A DNA stretch of 64,000 bases from the human T2T-CHM13v2.0 reference genome, Homo sapiens, in assembly GCF_009914755.1 (NCBI RefSeq), contig NC_060930.1; one strand, 5' to 3'. Made by a program: the position numbers and the translations under genes. Each line of letters opens with the position of its first letter. Within the stretch, counting starts at the first letter, position 1. This document shows positions 26,547 to 39,114 of this stretch, piece after piece. Below the pieces are notes generated by a model that saw nothing but the letters and a program-made list of their open reading frames with translations, made no database searches and was not told the DNA's origin.

Positions 26547-28952
26547 TTTTTTTTCCAAGATGGCAGATTGGAGACATTGCTAGCATGCCTCTTCCACTTG
26601 GAAAGACAAAATAGTGTGTAGAGAATCACACTGAACTTTTTCCCAAGAAGCAACACAGGAACTTAAAAAAACTAAAAGAAATCATAGACCCTTTGAAAGA
26701 AACATCAGGCTGCAGCCTACACTGTGAGCTAGGTGAAAACTGTTAAGTGCCTCTAGTGTGAGAGGGGGATAAAGTGACTTTGGGATATACTCTCCGACTG
26801 GGGAACCTGGCAATACAGGCCACTGGGAAAGGCCCTAATCCTACCCAGCGCTGGAGGTGAGTTAATGAGCAGTGGGGAGTATATAAAAATGAATGGCTCT
26901 GAGATGGACTTTGTGTGAGCTCCCAGTTTCCAGTGGGGATGTAGGGAACCCATACCTGATCCTACTTTACAGGAGACTTCATGCAAGTCTGCTAGCTAAC
27001 TCAGGCAGCAAAGGTTGAGAGAAGCTCCCAACTGAGATTTATGATATAATCTCAAATGGGAATAAAAGACCTTGGCAAAAACCGTGGGGCGAGTGGAGAT
27101 TGTGCTGCAGCCGCAGGCATGAGAGCTAGACACGCATGCTTCACAGGCAGACTTGGAGAACGTGGACTGAAAGCCTTGGTTTCTGTCTCTGCAGGGAAGG
27201 CTTGTGGCCTGGGGTGGTTCTGAGTTCTGAGCACACTGCCTGGAACCTAGTTAGTTGCTGCTAGTGGGACACCGCAGGTGTGAGGTCGCTTTGCCAAATG
27301 TGTGGGAGCTGGGTGGGGCTTACTGCTGCCTGCTGTTCCCCACTCCTCATGTGGTCTCTTCGGTATGGCAGAGGCAGATGTGCTCCTCCCTGGAACACTA
27401 CCCCAGTGGCCAGAGAACTGCCCTCTGATTCTCACTGGAGTTGTTGCTTGTGCCCACATATGTGGAGCCAGTGTGGACTTGCCTGACCCAGCCCCCACCC
27501 AGATTTGCCCCTCCATCCACTCTGGTGACTTAACACTAAGGACAGAAACTCTTGGGAGTTCCATGGCCCTGCCCATTGCCTGAGATGCAAAAGTACCTCT
27601 CCTGGGTCACATAAGGCAAACACAAATCTTACTAATACCACCATGGCTGTTGTTTTTTTTTGCAAGTTCCACCTCCTGACAGGAGTCCAAACAACACAGT
27701 CCATTACACCATCTGCAGGCACAATAATACAGTGCTTGGAAAAGAGAAAACTTGTGTGTGGCCTCAGCTATCACCATTGCTTACATCATTCTGGCTAACC
27801 AGGAGGTCCTGAACCTGTCCGCAAGACAATTTTATTACCACTACAACTAGCATTTGAGAAAGTCAACACACTAAGGCTATTTATAACCAAGGAATCTCAC
27901 AAGGTATATGCCAATGTCACTCCCCTGCCAATACCATCAGAGCTGGTGTTGGTAACCACTGCTGGGAGATTTGAGGACAGGTCACATCACAGAACCCCTT
28001 GCAGACATTCCCTAGCACCAGCCTGGAGTGAGGCACCCCCACCGAGTGGCTAGACCTAGAGGAGCAGCAGCACTCACAGTAATCTGGCCCTTGAGATAAG
28101 TTTCAAGAGACCTCTGTCATTCCAACTGCACAGAAGACAATGAACCTGATCATACACCAAGCACATTGCTACTACAACTAGCTTAAAGCCATCATACAAA
28201 GAATCTATAACTAGGTTACTCATACAGAAGCTTCACCCCTGAAGGCACACAGAGCTGTATTAGTTTACAAGAAATTTAAAAAATTAAAGTTACATCCTCA
28301 AGAGGAAGAAAAAGAAAATTTAAAAACACTGTTGAATTCAAAAATAATTCAAAAATAATTAGAAGAAATAGTCTACCCCAAAGAGAAGGAACTAGAAAAA
28401 ATATTCTAGCAGGAGGACAAACAGGGTTCACTAGCTCACCAGCAATGAATCCAAACCAAGATGAAATATTTGAAATACAGATAAAGGATCCAAAATGTTG
28501 ATTATTAAGCTACTTAAGGAAGTATAAGAGAAAGGTGAAAACCAACATAAAGATTTTTTTTAATTTAGTATCTAATGAGAAATTTTCTAAAGAAATAGAT
28601 CTTTTAAAGAAAAAACAATCAGAACTTCTGGAAATGAAAGGTGCACTTAGGGAATTACTAAATGCTGTGGGAAGTTGTAACAAAAGAATAGACCAAGTAG
28701 AAGAAAGAATTTCAGAGGTTGAAAACAAGGCTTTTGAATTAACCCAATCAAACAAAATTAAAAAAATAAAAGGCAACGAACAAAGCCTCCAAGAAATATG
28801 GGATTATGCATAATGGCCAAACTTAAGAATCTTTGCTGTACCTGAGGGAGAATAAAAAAATAAAAGTTTGGAAAACTTGTTTGAGGGAATAATTCAGGAA
28901 AACTTTCCAAGCCTGACTGGACATTTAGACAGTCAAATACAAGAAGCTCAGA
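26547..28952 (+). mobile_element. L1 (L1PB/L1MA-type) 5'UTR plus ORF1 N-terminal half, 3'-truncated
   Basis: ccaagatggcagattggag start; ORF1 coiled coil EIDLLKKKQSELLEMK...RIDQVEERISEVE...SLQEIWDY. Confidence 0.9.
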
Positions 28953-28964
28953 AGGTAGATTTAC

Positions 28965-29002
28965 CTTAAATGGGGAAGCAAAAAATATTTTAAACTTTTT
29001 TT
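28965..29002 (-). pseudogene. Candidate exon, 38 nt
   Basis: tttgatatttag | ...TTTAAG | gtaaat. Confidence 0.35.
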
Positions 29003-29390
29003 CTAAATATCAAATTATTTTCCATATAATTTTTATATAAAATATCCAGTGTAGGATTCTCCAAATATCTACAACTGAAGTTGGAACATTCTTAGTTAAT
29101 CAGTGTTTGTTAATACGTGATAAAATATACTATACTTCCTTTCACTGTACTATGGAAGATATTTTTTAAAAATCATATATAATTCTGGGTGCTGAGTTCT
29201 AGGGGAGATATAGCCAATCTGAGATATATTCAAACATGTTAATACTACAAGAAATTAAGTCTTAATTTTCTGAGCATCTCTTTGGGGGAAATGAACAAGT
29301 TTAAATTGCAGAAAAAGGAGAGCAAAACATTATTATTAAATACACGGACTGGATAACAATACAGTTAGCTTCAAAAACTTAGGGATGTAC

Positions 29391-29428
29391 TTGTGGGAAG
29401 AAATACTTTATTTTTGTGGTCTTGTGGG
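29391..29428 (-). pseudogene. Candidate exon, 38 nt
   Basis: ctctaattttag | CCCAC...CACAA | gtacat. Confidence 0.35.
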
Positions 29429-29914
29429 CTAAAATTAGAGTGGAAGTATAAATCTTATAACTGGCAATATTTTAACTCTACATTAAAGACTTTCTTAAGG
29501 TATTTTGAAAAGCTAGAAGGAGCTATCTCAGTAAGAATTAACTTTCCCTTTAGCATAAATAGCTTAATCGAAAATTTGGTAGGTATCTTGTAGAGGAGGT
29601 TAAAGCACAGGGTGATTTTTCAGTTGCAGATAATCCATAACTGAATTGATACTGAATTCAAATAGTAGGGCCCTTGTCTTCCAGTAGCTTACATGTGTTA
29701 AGAGGTTTACATATCAATGAAAATGATGTGCCAAATGACATCTCGAGGCTATATTCATTGCAAGGTTCTCATTAAATGAATCACAGAAATTATAACCATG
29801 CTAAAGGATAAACTTGACATGAAAAGAAGCTTGTTTTAATTTTTTAGGATTACTGGTAGGATAGTATTAACAGTATATCCTGAGTGAGGTGCTCCTGAGA
29901 GTTCCTCCCTCTTT

Positions 29915-30352
29915 CCTGGTCTATTGATTTTCTACAGATGCTATAACAAATTACTACGAACTTGGTGTTACAAATTACCACAAGTAACAGTTATGTATTC
30001 TCACGGTTCTTAAAGACAGAAGTCTCATATCAAGGAGTCAGTAGGGCCAGCCTTTCTATGAAGGCTGCAGAGTGAAGTTCTTCCTTACTTCTTCTTAGCA
30101 TCCAGTGTTTCCAGGCAATTCTTGATAGTTTATTGGCTTGTATCTTTATCATCCCAATCTTTGCCTCCATCATCACAAGACTTTCTTCTCTGTGACTATA
30201 CTGCCAAATCTCCTTCTTTTTAGGCCCACTCTAAATCTAGAATGATTTCGTCTCAGAATTCCCAACTAATGACATCGGCAAAGACCCCGTTTCTAACTAA
30301 TGTTACATTCTGAGATTCCAGGTGGACCTGATTTTTTGGGGCATGCTACTCC
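29915..30352 (-). mobile_element. MLT1 (MaLR) solo LTR
   Basis: gctataacaaattac...agaagtct...gcaaagacc...cacctggaatctcag (reverse) motifs. Confidence 0.8.
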
Positions 30353-30569
30353 TAGGGACCTCGACAAACCACTGAGAGGGAAGTGGGTCTGTGATTACAT
30401 TGTATTTTTATACTCATAATTCTGGTCTTAAGATTTTTGTAATATTGATTGAGGTGGTCGAACCCCCTCAAGGCCATCAAAGAAGACTGAGGTGACAAAT
30501 GAATTGAGCCAAAATTTCAATCACACAGTACTACATTGATGTAGTGAATGCTGTCTTCAGAAGTCCTTT

Positions 30570-31724
30570 TGTGTCCGGAATTGGTGGGTTCTTGGTCTCA
30601 CTGACTTGAAGAACGAAGCCATGGATGCTCGTGGTAAGTGTTACAGTTCTTGAAGGCAGTGTGTCCGGAGTTGTTCCTTCTGATGTTTGGATGTGTTTGG
30701 AATTTCTTCCTTCTGTTGGTTTCGTGGTCTCACTGGCTCAGAAGGGAAGCTGCAGACCTTTGCAGTGAGTGTTACAGCTCTTAAGGTGGCGTGTCTGGAG
30801 TTGTTCATTCCTCCTGGTGCGTTCGTGCTCTCGCTGGCTTCAGGAGTGAAGCTGCAGACCTTCGTGGTGAGTGTTACAGCTCATAAAGGCAGTGTGGACC
30901 CAGAGTGAGCAGCAGCAAGATTTATTGCAAAAAGTGAAAGAACAAAGCTTCCACAGCGTGGAAGGGGATCCCAGTGGGTTGCCACTGCTGGCTGGGACAG
31001 CCTGCTTTTATTCTCTTATCTGGCCCCACCCACATCCTGCTGATTGGTCCATTTTACAGAGAGCCGATTGGTCTGTTTTACAGAGAGCTGATTGGTCCGT
31101 TTTGACAGGGTGCTGATTTGTGCATTTCCAATCCCTGAGCTAGACACAAAAGTTCTCCACGTCCCCACTAGATTAGCTAGATACAGAGTGTCAATTGGTG
31201 CATTCACAAACCCTGAGCTAGACACAGGGTGCTGATTGGTGTGTTTACAAACCTTGAGCTAGATACAGAGTGCTGATTGGTGTATTTACAATCCCTTAGC
31301 TAGACATAAAGATTCTCCAAGTCCCCACCAGACTCAGGAGCCCAGCTGGCTTCACCCAGTGGATCCCACACAGGGCCGCAGGTGGAGCTGCCTGCCAGTC
31401 CCGAGCCGTGCGCCTGCACTCCTCAGCCCTTGGGTGGTCGATGAGACTGGGTGCCATGGAACAGGGGACAGTGCTCATCAGGGAGGCTCGGGCCATGCAG
31501 GAGCCCATGGTGGTGGGGTGGGGGAGCCTGAGGCATGGCGGGCTGCAGGTCCCAAGCCCTGCCCCGCTAGGAGGCAGCTAAGGTCCGGCGAGAAGTTGAG
31601 CACTGCAGCTGCTAGCCCAGGTGCTAAGCCCCTCACTGCCCGGGGCCAGCGGGGCTGGTGGGCCACTCCGAGTGCGGGGCCCGCAATTGCGGCCAGAGTG
31701 GGTGCCAAGGCCGAGGAGGCACCA
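30570..31724 (-). mobile_element. LTR12 (ERV9) solo LTR copy lacking about 47 bp of its 5' end
   Basis: Reverse complement of ...cccaccaattccggacaca terminus; CCAAT tandem repeats; colinear with the 31921-33124 copy. Confidence 0.95.
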
Positions 31725-31920
31725 AAGCTTTATAATATAAACCAGGCTTAAGAGTTTATTGAAAGACCAAAAAAAAAAGAAAAAGAAAACCCTTAAGAAA
31801 ATGTTCAACTGTTATCGCTGCTTCAGATTTGGGTGTTGGCTTATATTCCATAGCCAATATTTATAGGACTTTCGGTAACTTCTTGTACCTAATTGCAGAA
31901 ATAACAGATGTGTGTCAAAG

Positions 31921-33124
31921 TGAGAGGTGACAGCATGCTGGCAGCCCTCGCAGCCCTCGCTCGCTCTCGGTGCCTCCTTGCCCTTGGCACCCACCCTGCC
32001 CGCGATTGCAGGCCCCACACTCGGAGCCGCCAGCTGGCCCTGCCGGCCCTGGGCAGTGAGGGGCTTAGCACCTGGGCCAGCAGTTGCTGTGCTCCACTTC
32101 TCGCCGGGCCTTAGCTGCCTCCCCACGGGGCAGGGCTTGGGACCTGCAGCCCGCCATGCCTCAGCCTCCCCAACCCCACCACCGTGGGCTCCTGTGTGGC
32201 CCGAATCTCCCCAATGAGCACCACCTCCGCTCCACGGCGCCCAGTCCCATCGACCACCCAAGGGCTGAGGAGTGCAGGCACACAGTGTGGGACTGGCAGG
32301 CAGCTCCACCTGCGGCCCTGTGCGGGATCCACTGGGTGAAGCCAGCTGGGCTCCTGAGTCTGGTGGGGACTTGGAGAATCTTTATGTCTAGCTAAGGGAT
32401 TGTAAATACGCCAATCAGCACTCTGTATCTAGCTCAAGGTTTGTAAACACACCAATCAGCACCCTGTGTCTAGCTCAGGGTTTGTGAATGCACCAATTGA
32501 CACTCTGTATCTAGCTAAACTAGTGGGGACGTGGAGAACTTTTGTGTCTAGCTCAGGGATTGTAAACGCACAAATCAGCACCCTGTTAAAACGGACCAAT
32601 CAGCTCTCTGTAAAACAGACCAATCAGCTCTCTGTAAAATGGACCAATCAGCAGGATGTGGGTTGGGCCAGATAAGAGAATAAAAGGAGGCTGCCTGAGC
32701 CTGCAGTGGCAACCCGCTTGGGTCCCCTTCCACACTGTGGAAGCTTTGTTCTTTCACTCTTTGCAATAAATTTTGCTGCTGCTCACTCTTTGGGTCCACA
32801 CTGCCTTTATGAGCTGCAAGACTCACCGTGAAAGTCTGCAGCTTCACTCCTGAAGCCAGCGAGACCACAAACACACCAGGAGGAATGAACAACTCCAGAC
32901 ATGCCACCTTAAGAGCTGTAACACTTACCGCAAAGGTCTGCAGCTTCACTCCTGAGCCAGTGAGACCACAAACCCACCAGAAGAAAGAAACTCCGAACAC
33001 CTCCAAACATCAGAAGGAACAAACTCCAGACACGTTGCCTTTAAGAACTGTAACACTCACCATGAGGGTCCGCGGCTTCATTCTTGACGTCAGTGAGACC
33101 AAGAACCCACCAATTCCGGACACA
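31921..33124 (+). mobile_element. LTR12 (ERV9) solo LTR with both termini
   Basis: tgagaggtgacagc...ccggacaca; 4-bp TSD AAAG at 31917-31920 and 33125-33128. Confidence 0.97.
32400..32720 (+). promoter_or_regulatory. LTR12 U3 enhancer/promoter (CCAAT cluster, GATA, AATAAA TATA-like box); mirrored at about 30980-31300 on the minus strand
   Basis: Multiple ccaat motifs and gataagagaataaaa at 32671-32685; LTR12 is a known NF-Y/GATA-driven promoter; activity here untested. Confidence 0.6.
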
Positions 33125-33439
33125 AAAGAACATGGTTAACTATATAGAGCTAATTTGACAGTTTTTTTTAAAGTCAGTGAGTAACAATGAGTTAACTGCT
33201 TGTATAAATAAGCAATTCCTGTGTAGACTGATGAAATGGTTTGAAAGATGAGTATTGAGTAGTAATGACTCTGAGATTCGAACACATGTTTAACTCCAAA
33301 TTCCATACAATTCCTCTTTATATATTGTCTCAAGGAAATAAAGTTTGAGCCAAGAAACATTCTTCAATGAATAATAATAACACTGGTAAAGTGTTATGCT
33401 TTTGAATTTTACAAAGCTCTAGCAAATTCATTGTAACTT

Positions 33440-33610
33440 ATGTTACTTATTATTATACAATTATATTATATTATACAATTATAAGTTAATTATTTTATAC
33501 AATATACTTTATATTGTATATAAATATATTGTATATAAATATAAATACAATATTTATATTGTATTATTTTATACAGTATACTTATACAATTATAAGTTAC
33601 TTTATTTTAA
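33440..33610. repeat. AT-rich low-complexity sequence
   Basis: Direct inspection. Confidence 0.8.
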
Positions 33611-36111
33611 TTTTTTCCCATAAGAATTGACTGTTAGTGGCTTCCTCATATTCTTCTGAAGTAGATTAAAAAATAATACAAACCTAAATTACTGCCTGGA
33701 ATCCTTTCTTTTTGCCTTATGGAATTAAAGTAAAAACTTGTGGATATGTTCATTTGGTTTTAGGGTGTCAGATATTTCATTAATGAATAATATATTAAAC
33801 AAAAACAATACTTTGTAAAATAGTTATCTCTGCTAATAATATTCAGAAAAGGAATTGTATCTGAAGAAAATTTTCATTAGCAGTTCTTATAAAATATATG
33901 CTACATTCCAGAGGAAAATGACAGATAGGAGGCAGGACTAATTTTCAGCTCCCACTCGGACAGACAGAACAGCATGTGGAGATTCTCACATCATGAGTTT
34001 TTGCTCCAGAAACTACCACAGGGATATACCAAAAAAGCCGATAGAATCCACAGACCCTTTGAAGAAAGAGAATTGGTGCTGCAGGCCCTGAGTAACAGCT
34101 GAAAATCTGTGAGTATCCAAAGTGTGAAAGCATGAAAGGGGGATTGTTTAACCCTGAGCACAAACCCGCACTGGGGAGCCTGGAGGTCCAGATGATGGGA
34201 GAAAGATTTGACCTTATCTGGAGCTAAGATAAATTGAGAAGGCCAAGCAAAATACAAGGGTAGAAGAAGCAGCGGAAAGAGCCCTGTGGGCTTTCTTGGT
34301 CCCCAGGGAAGCTATTTCTGACTTCATCTCACAGGAGTCCTTGGGGGTGGAGGCTGCCAGAGAAATTGGGAAGACCACAGGGTGAAGGAAACTTCCAGCT
34401 GAATTTGTAACAATTTCAACCCAACATGAAGTTTTCTGGACAGAACCTGGGATAGGGTAAATTGGGAGTGCAGACACAGCACAGAAGCCATGGCAGGCAG
34501 GGAGGTGTGAAACCTAAAAGACTTGCTTGTTTTATCAGCCAGGAAGCTGGTAACCTGGAACAAGGTCTCAGACCTGCTCACTGGCTGCCTGGAAATAAAC
34601 TCAGTGCTGTTGAGGGGGCATAGTGTGAGTGAGACTGGCCTTTTGGGCTGTGTGGGAGCTGGATGAGCCCTGTAACTGCTGGCTTTCCCCCCTTCCCTGG
34701 TGACCTGCATGATGTAGCAGAGGCAGCCATAATTTCCCTGGGAACATAACTCCATTGGCCTGAGAACCATACCCCTATCCCCCACCACAGCCACAGCAAG
34801 CCTTGCCCAAGAGTCTGAGCTCAGACACGCCCAACCCTGCCCCCACCTAATGGTCTTTTCTACCTGCCCTGGTAGCCGAAGACAAACGACATAATCTCAT
34901 AGAAGCTTTAGGGCCCTGCCCAACACCTGGTCCTCCCTATACTACTGCAGCTGATACTCTCCTGAAAGCAAAACCAGCTGGCTGGAGGCCAACCATTGCA
35001 AAATAAACACAATAAACAAAACTACAACTGAGGACCTTCACAGAGTCCACTTCACTTCCCTTCTACCTCTACCAGAGTAGGTGCGGCATCGGTGGCTGAG
35101 AGACTTGAAGACAGTTCACATCACAGGACTCTGTGCAGACACTCCCCAGTACAAGCCTGGAGCCTGGTAGCTCCACTGGGTGTGGCTAGATCCAGAAGTG
35201 AAAAACAATCACTACAGTTTGGTTCTCAGGAAGCCACATCCCTAAGGGAAGGGAGAGAGCACCATATCGAGGGAGCACTCCATGGGAAAAAAGAATATAA
35301 ACAGCAGCCCTTGAGTCCCAGATTTTCCCTCTGATGTACTCTACCTAAAGGAGAAGGAACCAGGAAAACAGTTCTGGTAATATGACAAAATGAGGTTTAT
35401 TAATGCCCCCAAAAGATCACACTATCTCACCAGCAATGAATCCAAAACAAGAAGAAATCTCTGAATTTCCAGAAAAATAATTTAGAAGGTCGATTATTAA
35501 GCTAATCAAGGAGGCACAAGAGAAAGGTAAAGTCCAACTTAAAGAAATTAAAAAAAGATACAAAATATGAAGGGAAAAATCTTCAGTGAAATAGATAAAA
35601 TAAATTAAAAAAAAAACACAACTTCTGGAAATGAAGGACACACTTAAAAAAAAACCCAAAATACACTGGAAAGCCTCAGCAATAGAACTGAATAAGTAGA
35701 AGAAAGAACTTCAGAGCTCGAAGACAAGGATTTTGAATTAACCCAAACCAATAAAGACAACAAAAAAATTTTTTTAAAAATGAACAAAGCCTCCACAAAG
35801 TTTGGGATTGCGTTAAACAACCAAACCTAAAAATAATTGGCATTCTTGAAGAAGAAGAGAAATCCAAAAGTTAGGAATATGTATTTGAGGGAATAATCAA
35901 GGAAAATTTTTCCATCCTTGCTAGAGATCCAGACATCCAAATACAAGAAGTTTAAAGAACACCTGGGAAATTTATCTCAAACAGATTATTACCTAGAAGC
36001 ACAGTCATCAGGTTGTCTAAAGTCAAGACAAAAGAAAGAATCTTAAGAGCTGTGAGGCAAAAGCATCAGGTAACCTTTAAAGAAAAACCTATCATATGAA
36101 CAGCAGCTTTC

Positions 36112-36308
36112 TTTTTTTTTTTTTGAGACGGAGTCTCACTCTATCACCCAGTCTGGAGTACACTGGCATGATCTCGGCCCACTGCAACCTCTGCCTCCTG
36201 GGTTCAAGCGATTCTTGTGCCTCAGCCTCCCTGAGTAGCTAGTATTACAGGTGCCCACCACCACGCCCAGCTAATTTTTGTATTTTTAGTAGAGATGGGG
36301 TTTTGCCA
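36112..36308 (-). mobile_element. 5'-truncated AluS within L1 ORF1
   Basis: Right arm plus part of left arm; TSD agcagctttctt. Confidence 0.9.
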
Positions 36309-37528
36309 ATAGCAGCTTTCTTAGGAAAAAACCTACAAGCTAGAAGAGATTGGGGCCCTAACTTTAGCCTTCTCACACAAAACAATTATTAGCTAAGAAT
36401 TTTGTATCCAGCAAAACTAACCTTCATAAATGAAGAAAAGATAGTCTTTTTCAAACAAATGATGAGAGAATTCACCACTGTCAAGCCAGCACTACAAGAA
36501 TTGCTAGAAGGAGTGCTAAATTTTGAAACAAATCCTTAAAATACACCAAAATAAAACATCCTTAAAGCATGAATCTCAGAGGACCTATAAAACAAAACCA
36601 AAATAATAAAAGAAAAAGGTATTCAGGCAAAAAAATAGCATGATGAATAGAATAGCACCTTAGATCTCAATACTAACATTGAATGTAAATGGCCTAAATG
36701 CTCCAATTAAAAGATACAGAATAGCAGAATGGATAAGAATTCACCAACCAAGTATCTGGTGTCTTCAAGAGATTCACCTAACACATAAGGACACAAATAA
36801 GACAAAAGAGTGGAAAAAAATATTCCATGCAAATGGACACCAAAATTGAGGAGTAGCTATTCTTTTATCAGACAATACAAACTTTAAAGCAACAGCAGTT
36901 AAAAAAGATAAAAATGGACATTATATAATGATAAAAGGCCTTGTTCAATAGGAAAATCTCACAATCCTTAATATATATGCACCTAGCACTGGAGCTTGCA
37001 AATTATAAAACAATTACTACTAGACCTAATATATGAGACAGATGGCAATACCATAATAGTGGGAGACTTCAACACACTCCACTGATAGCACTAGACATGT
37101 CATCAAGACAGAAAGTCAACAAAGAAACAATGGATACTATAATATACCCTAGAACTATACCTTAGAACAAAGGCACTTAATAGATACTACAGGACATTCT
37201 ACCCAACAACTGCAGGACATAAATTCTATTCATCAGCACATGGAACACTCTCCAAGACAGACCATATGTTAGGTCACAAAACAGTATCAATACATTTAAG
37301 ATAATCAGAATTATATCACCTACTCTCTCAGACCACAGTGAAATAAAATTGAAAATCAACTCCAAAAGAAACCTCAAAACCATGCAAATACATGGAATTT
37401 AAATAACCTGCTCCTGAATGATTATTGGGTCAACAATGAAATCAAGAAATAAATTTAAAAATTCTTTGAACTGAATGATAATGGTGAAACAACCTATCAA
37501 AACCTCTGAAATACAGCAAAGGCAGTGC

Positions 37529-39114
37529 TAATGGCAGCAGCAGCCCATCTGGAGTGGTTGCTGCAAAGACGCTGGCTATAGCCAGGGAGGTGCGGCCTGT
37601 GCTGCATGCTCCATGGAGCTGGTGAGAGCCAGGAACAGGCAGGAGACCCACCTCCTTCTGAGTTGGTAGGGCAGGAACCCCACCCTCCCAGGTGCAGCAG
37701 CAGTTGCCCTGCCACAACTATGGACCCGAGCATCCCTGCATTCTCAGGAGCCCAGGATGCCCCTCTGCCTCTACAGGCTTGGAAGTCCCTGCTTCCACAG
37801 CCTGGCCTCTCCCCTCTCCTCGTGCCTGCTCTGGTTTCAGAATAAAGTTGGGAACCCATATGCTGTCATGACCTAGCCAGGTGTACCCGTGCTTGGGGCA
37901 ATGCTGACACACCAGCCCCCAGCTACCTAGGCCCCCCTCTGGACTTTAGGTGCCAATGAGCATGAGAGAGAGGCTGAAGTGGGGCTGAGGGTGGCTCAGC
38001 ATGGGCCTGCAGGTGCCCCTCAGCATGAACAGCCTGGGTGACATGGACAACATGATTGATGGTGTCAGGAGGTATACAGGCTCCTGGGCAGAAAGGGACA
38101 GGTCCTCAGTGAAGCCCCATCTTCAAGCCAGAAGCATGGGGGCCAGGCTGTCAGTTCTGGGTGGAGTCTGCAACTGTAGTGAGAATGTAGGTTGCTTTTT
38201 CTGGGCCCACTCATGGCTGCGCATGGACTAGTCAGCATGCATTTCCTCCTTCTGAAGCCCATAAAAACCCTGGACTCAGCCAGATTCACAGAGACATCAG
38301 GACTACCAGCAGTTGGAAGGGGCTATTCCCTTCAGATCTCTTCAACTCATCAGGATAAACTGCCTGTGGAAAGCAGCTACCCACCCCAGGTCTCCTCTCT
38401 GATGAGAGCTGGACACTCATCGGGAAAGCCTGCCTGTGTATAGGAGCTACCCACTTTGGGTATTCTGAGAGCTGTTCCATCAATGAAGCTCCTCTCTGCC
38501 TTGCTCACCCTCCAGTTGTCCACATACCTCATTCTTCCTGAATGCAGGGCAAGAACTCAGGACTTGCTGAATGGTGGTACTGAAAGAACAGTAACACAAA
38601 CGGGGTTGAAATATGCCTCCTGCTCACCAAGTTGTGGATGACAAGAAGGAGAGAAGAGCTGCAGCTCTTCAGGGAACCTAGACCTAGGGGCTCCCTGAGC
38701 CAAGGCTATGACACCCTCTTTGGGTCTCTGTGGTTTCTGGTGTCTCCAAGCTTTTGGGCCCCACTGCATTCCCTGGTGCCCACAGTGGAAACTGCTTACA
38801 GTACACCCGTCCCAGCCTCAGGCCCACATGGAGCCAGTTCTTGTGTTGTTGCCTGGAGCTGCCTGCCCCACTATAGCCTGCAAGCTTGGCTGTGCACTGT
38901 GGCTGGGCCCTGCACTCATTCACACACCTCTCACCACTTGGTGACTGGCTCACCCTTGGCAAGCATGGAATTTGAGCTGGTAGCCCAAGCCAAGTCCAGC
39001 CTGCTGGGCAGAGTGGGCAGAAGGTGCCTAGCGGGCCTGAGCAAACTTGGGCAAATGTGCCTCCGGCCACAGAGGTTTCCACAGGAAAAGCGACATCCTA
39101 AGGACCCAGTGACA
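37529..39114 (+). mobile_element. MER52-type ERV1 solo LTR inserted in L1 ORF2
   Basis: t(a)atggcagcagcagcccatctggag...cccagtgaca; 4-bp TSD gtgc/gcgc; L1 resumes colinearly. Confidence 0.85.

Noticed and set aside
31296-32395. GC/CpG-rich region with many overlapping ORFs
   Set aside because: Entirely LTR12 U3 sequence, not a genic CpG island or CDS.
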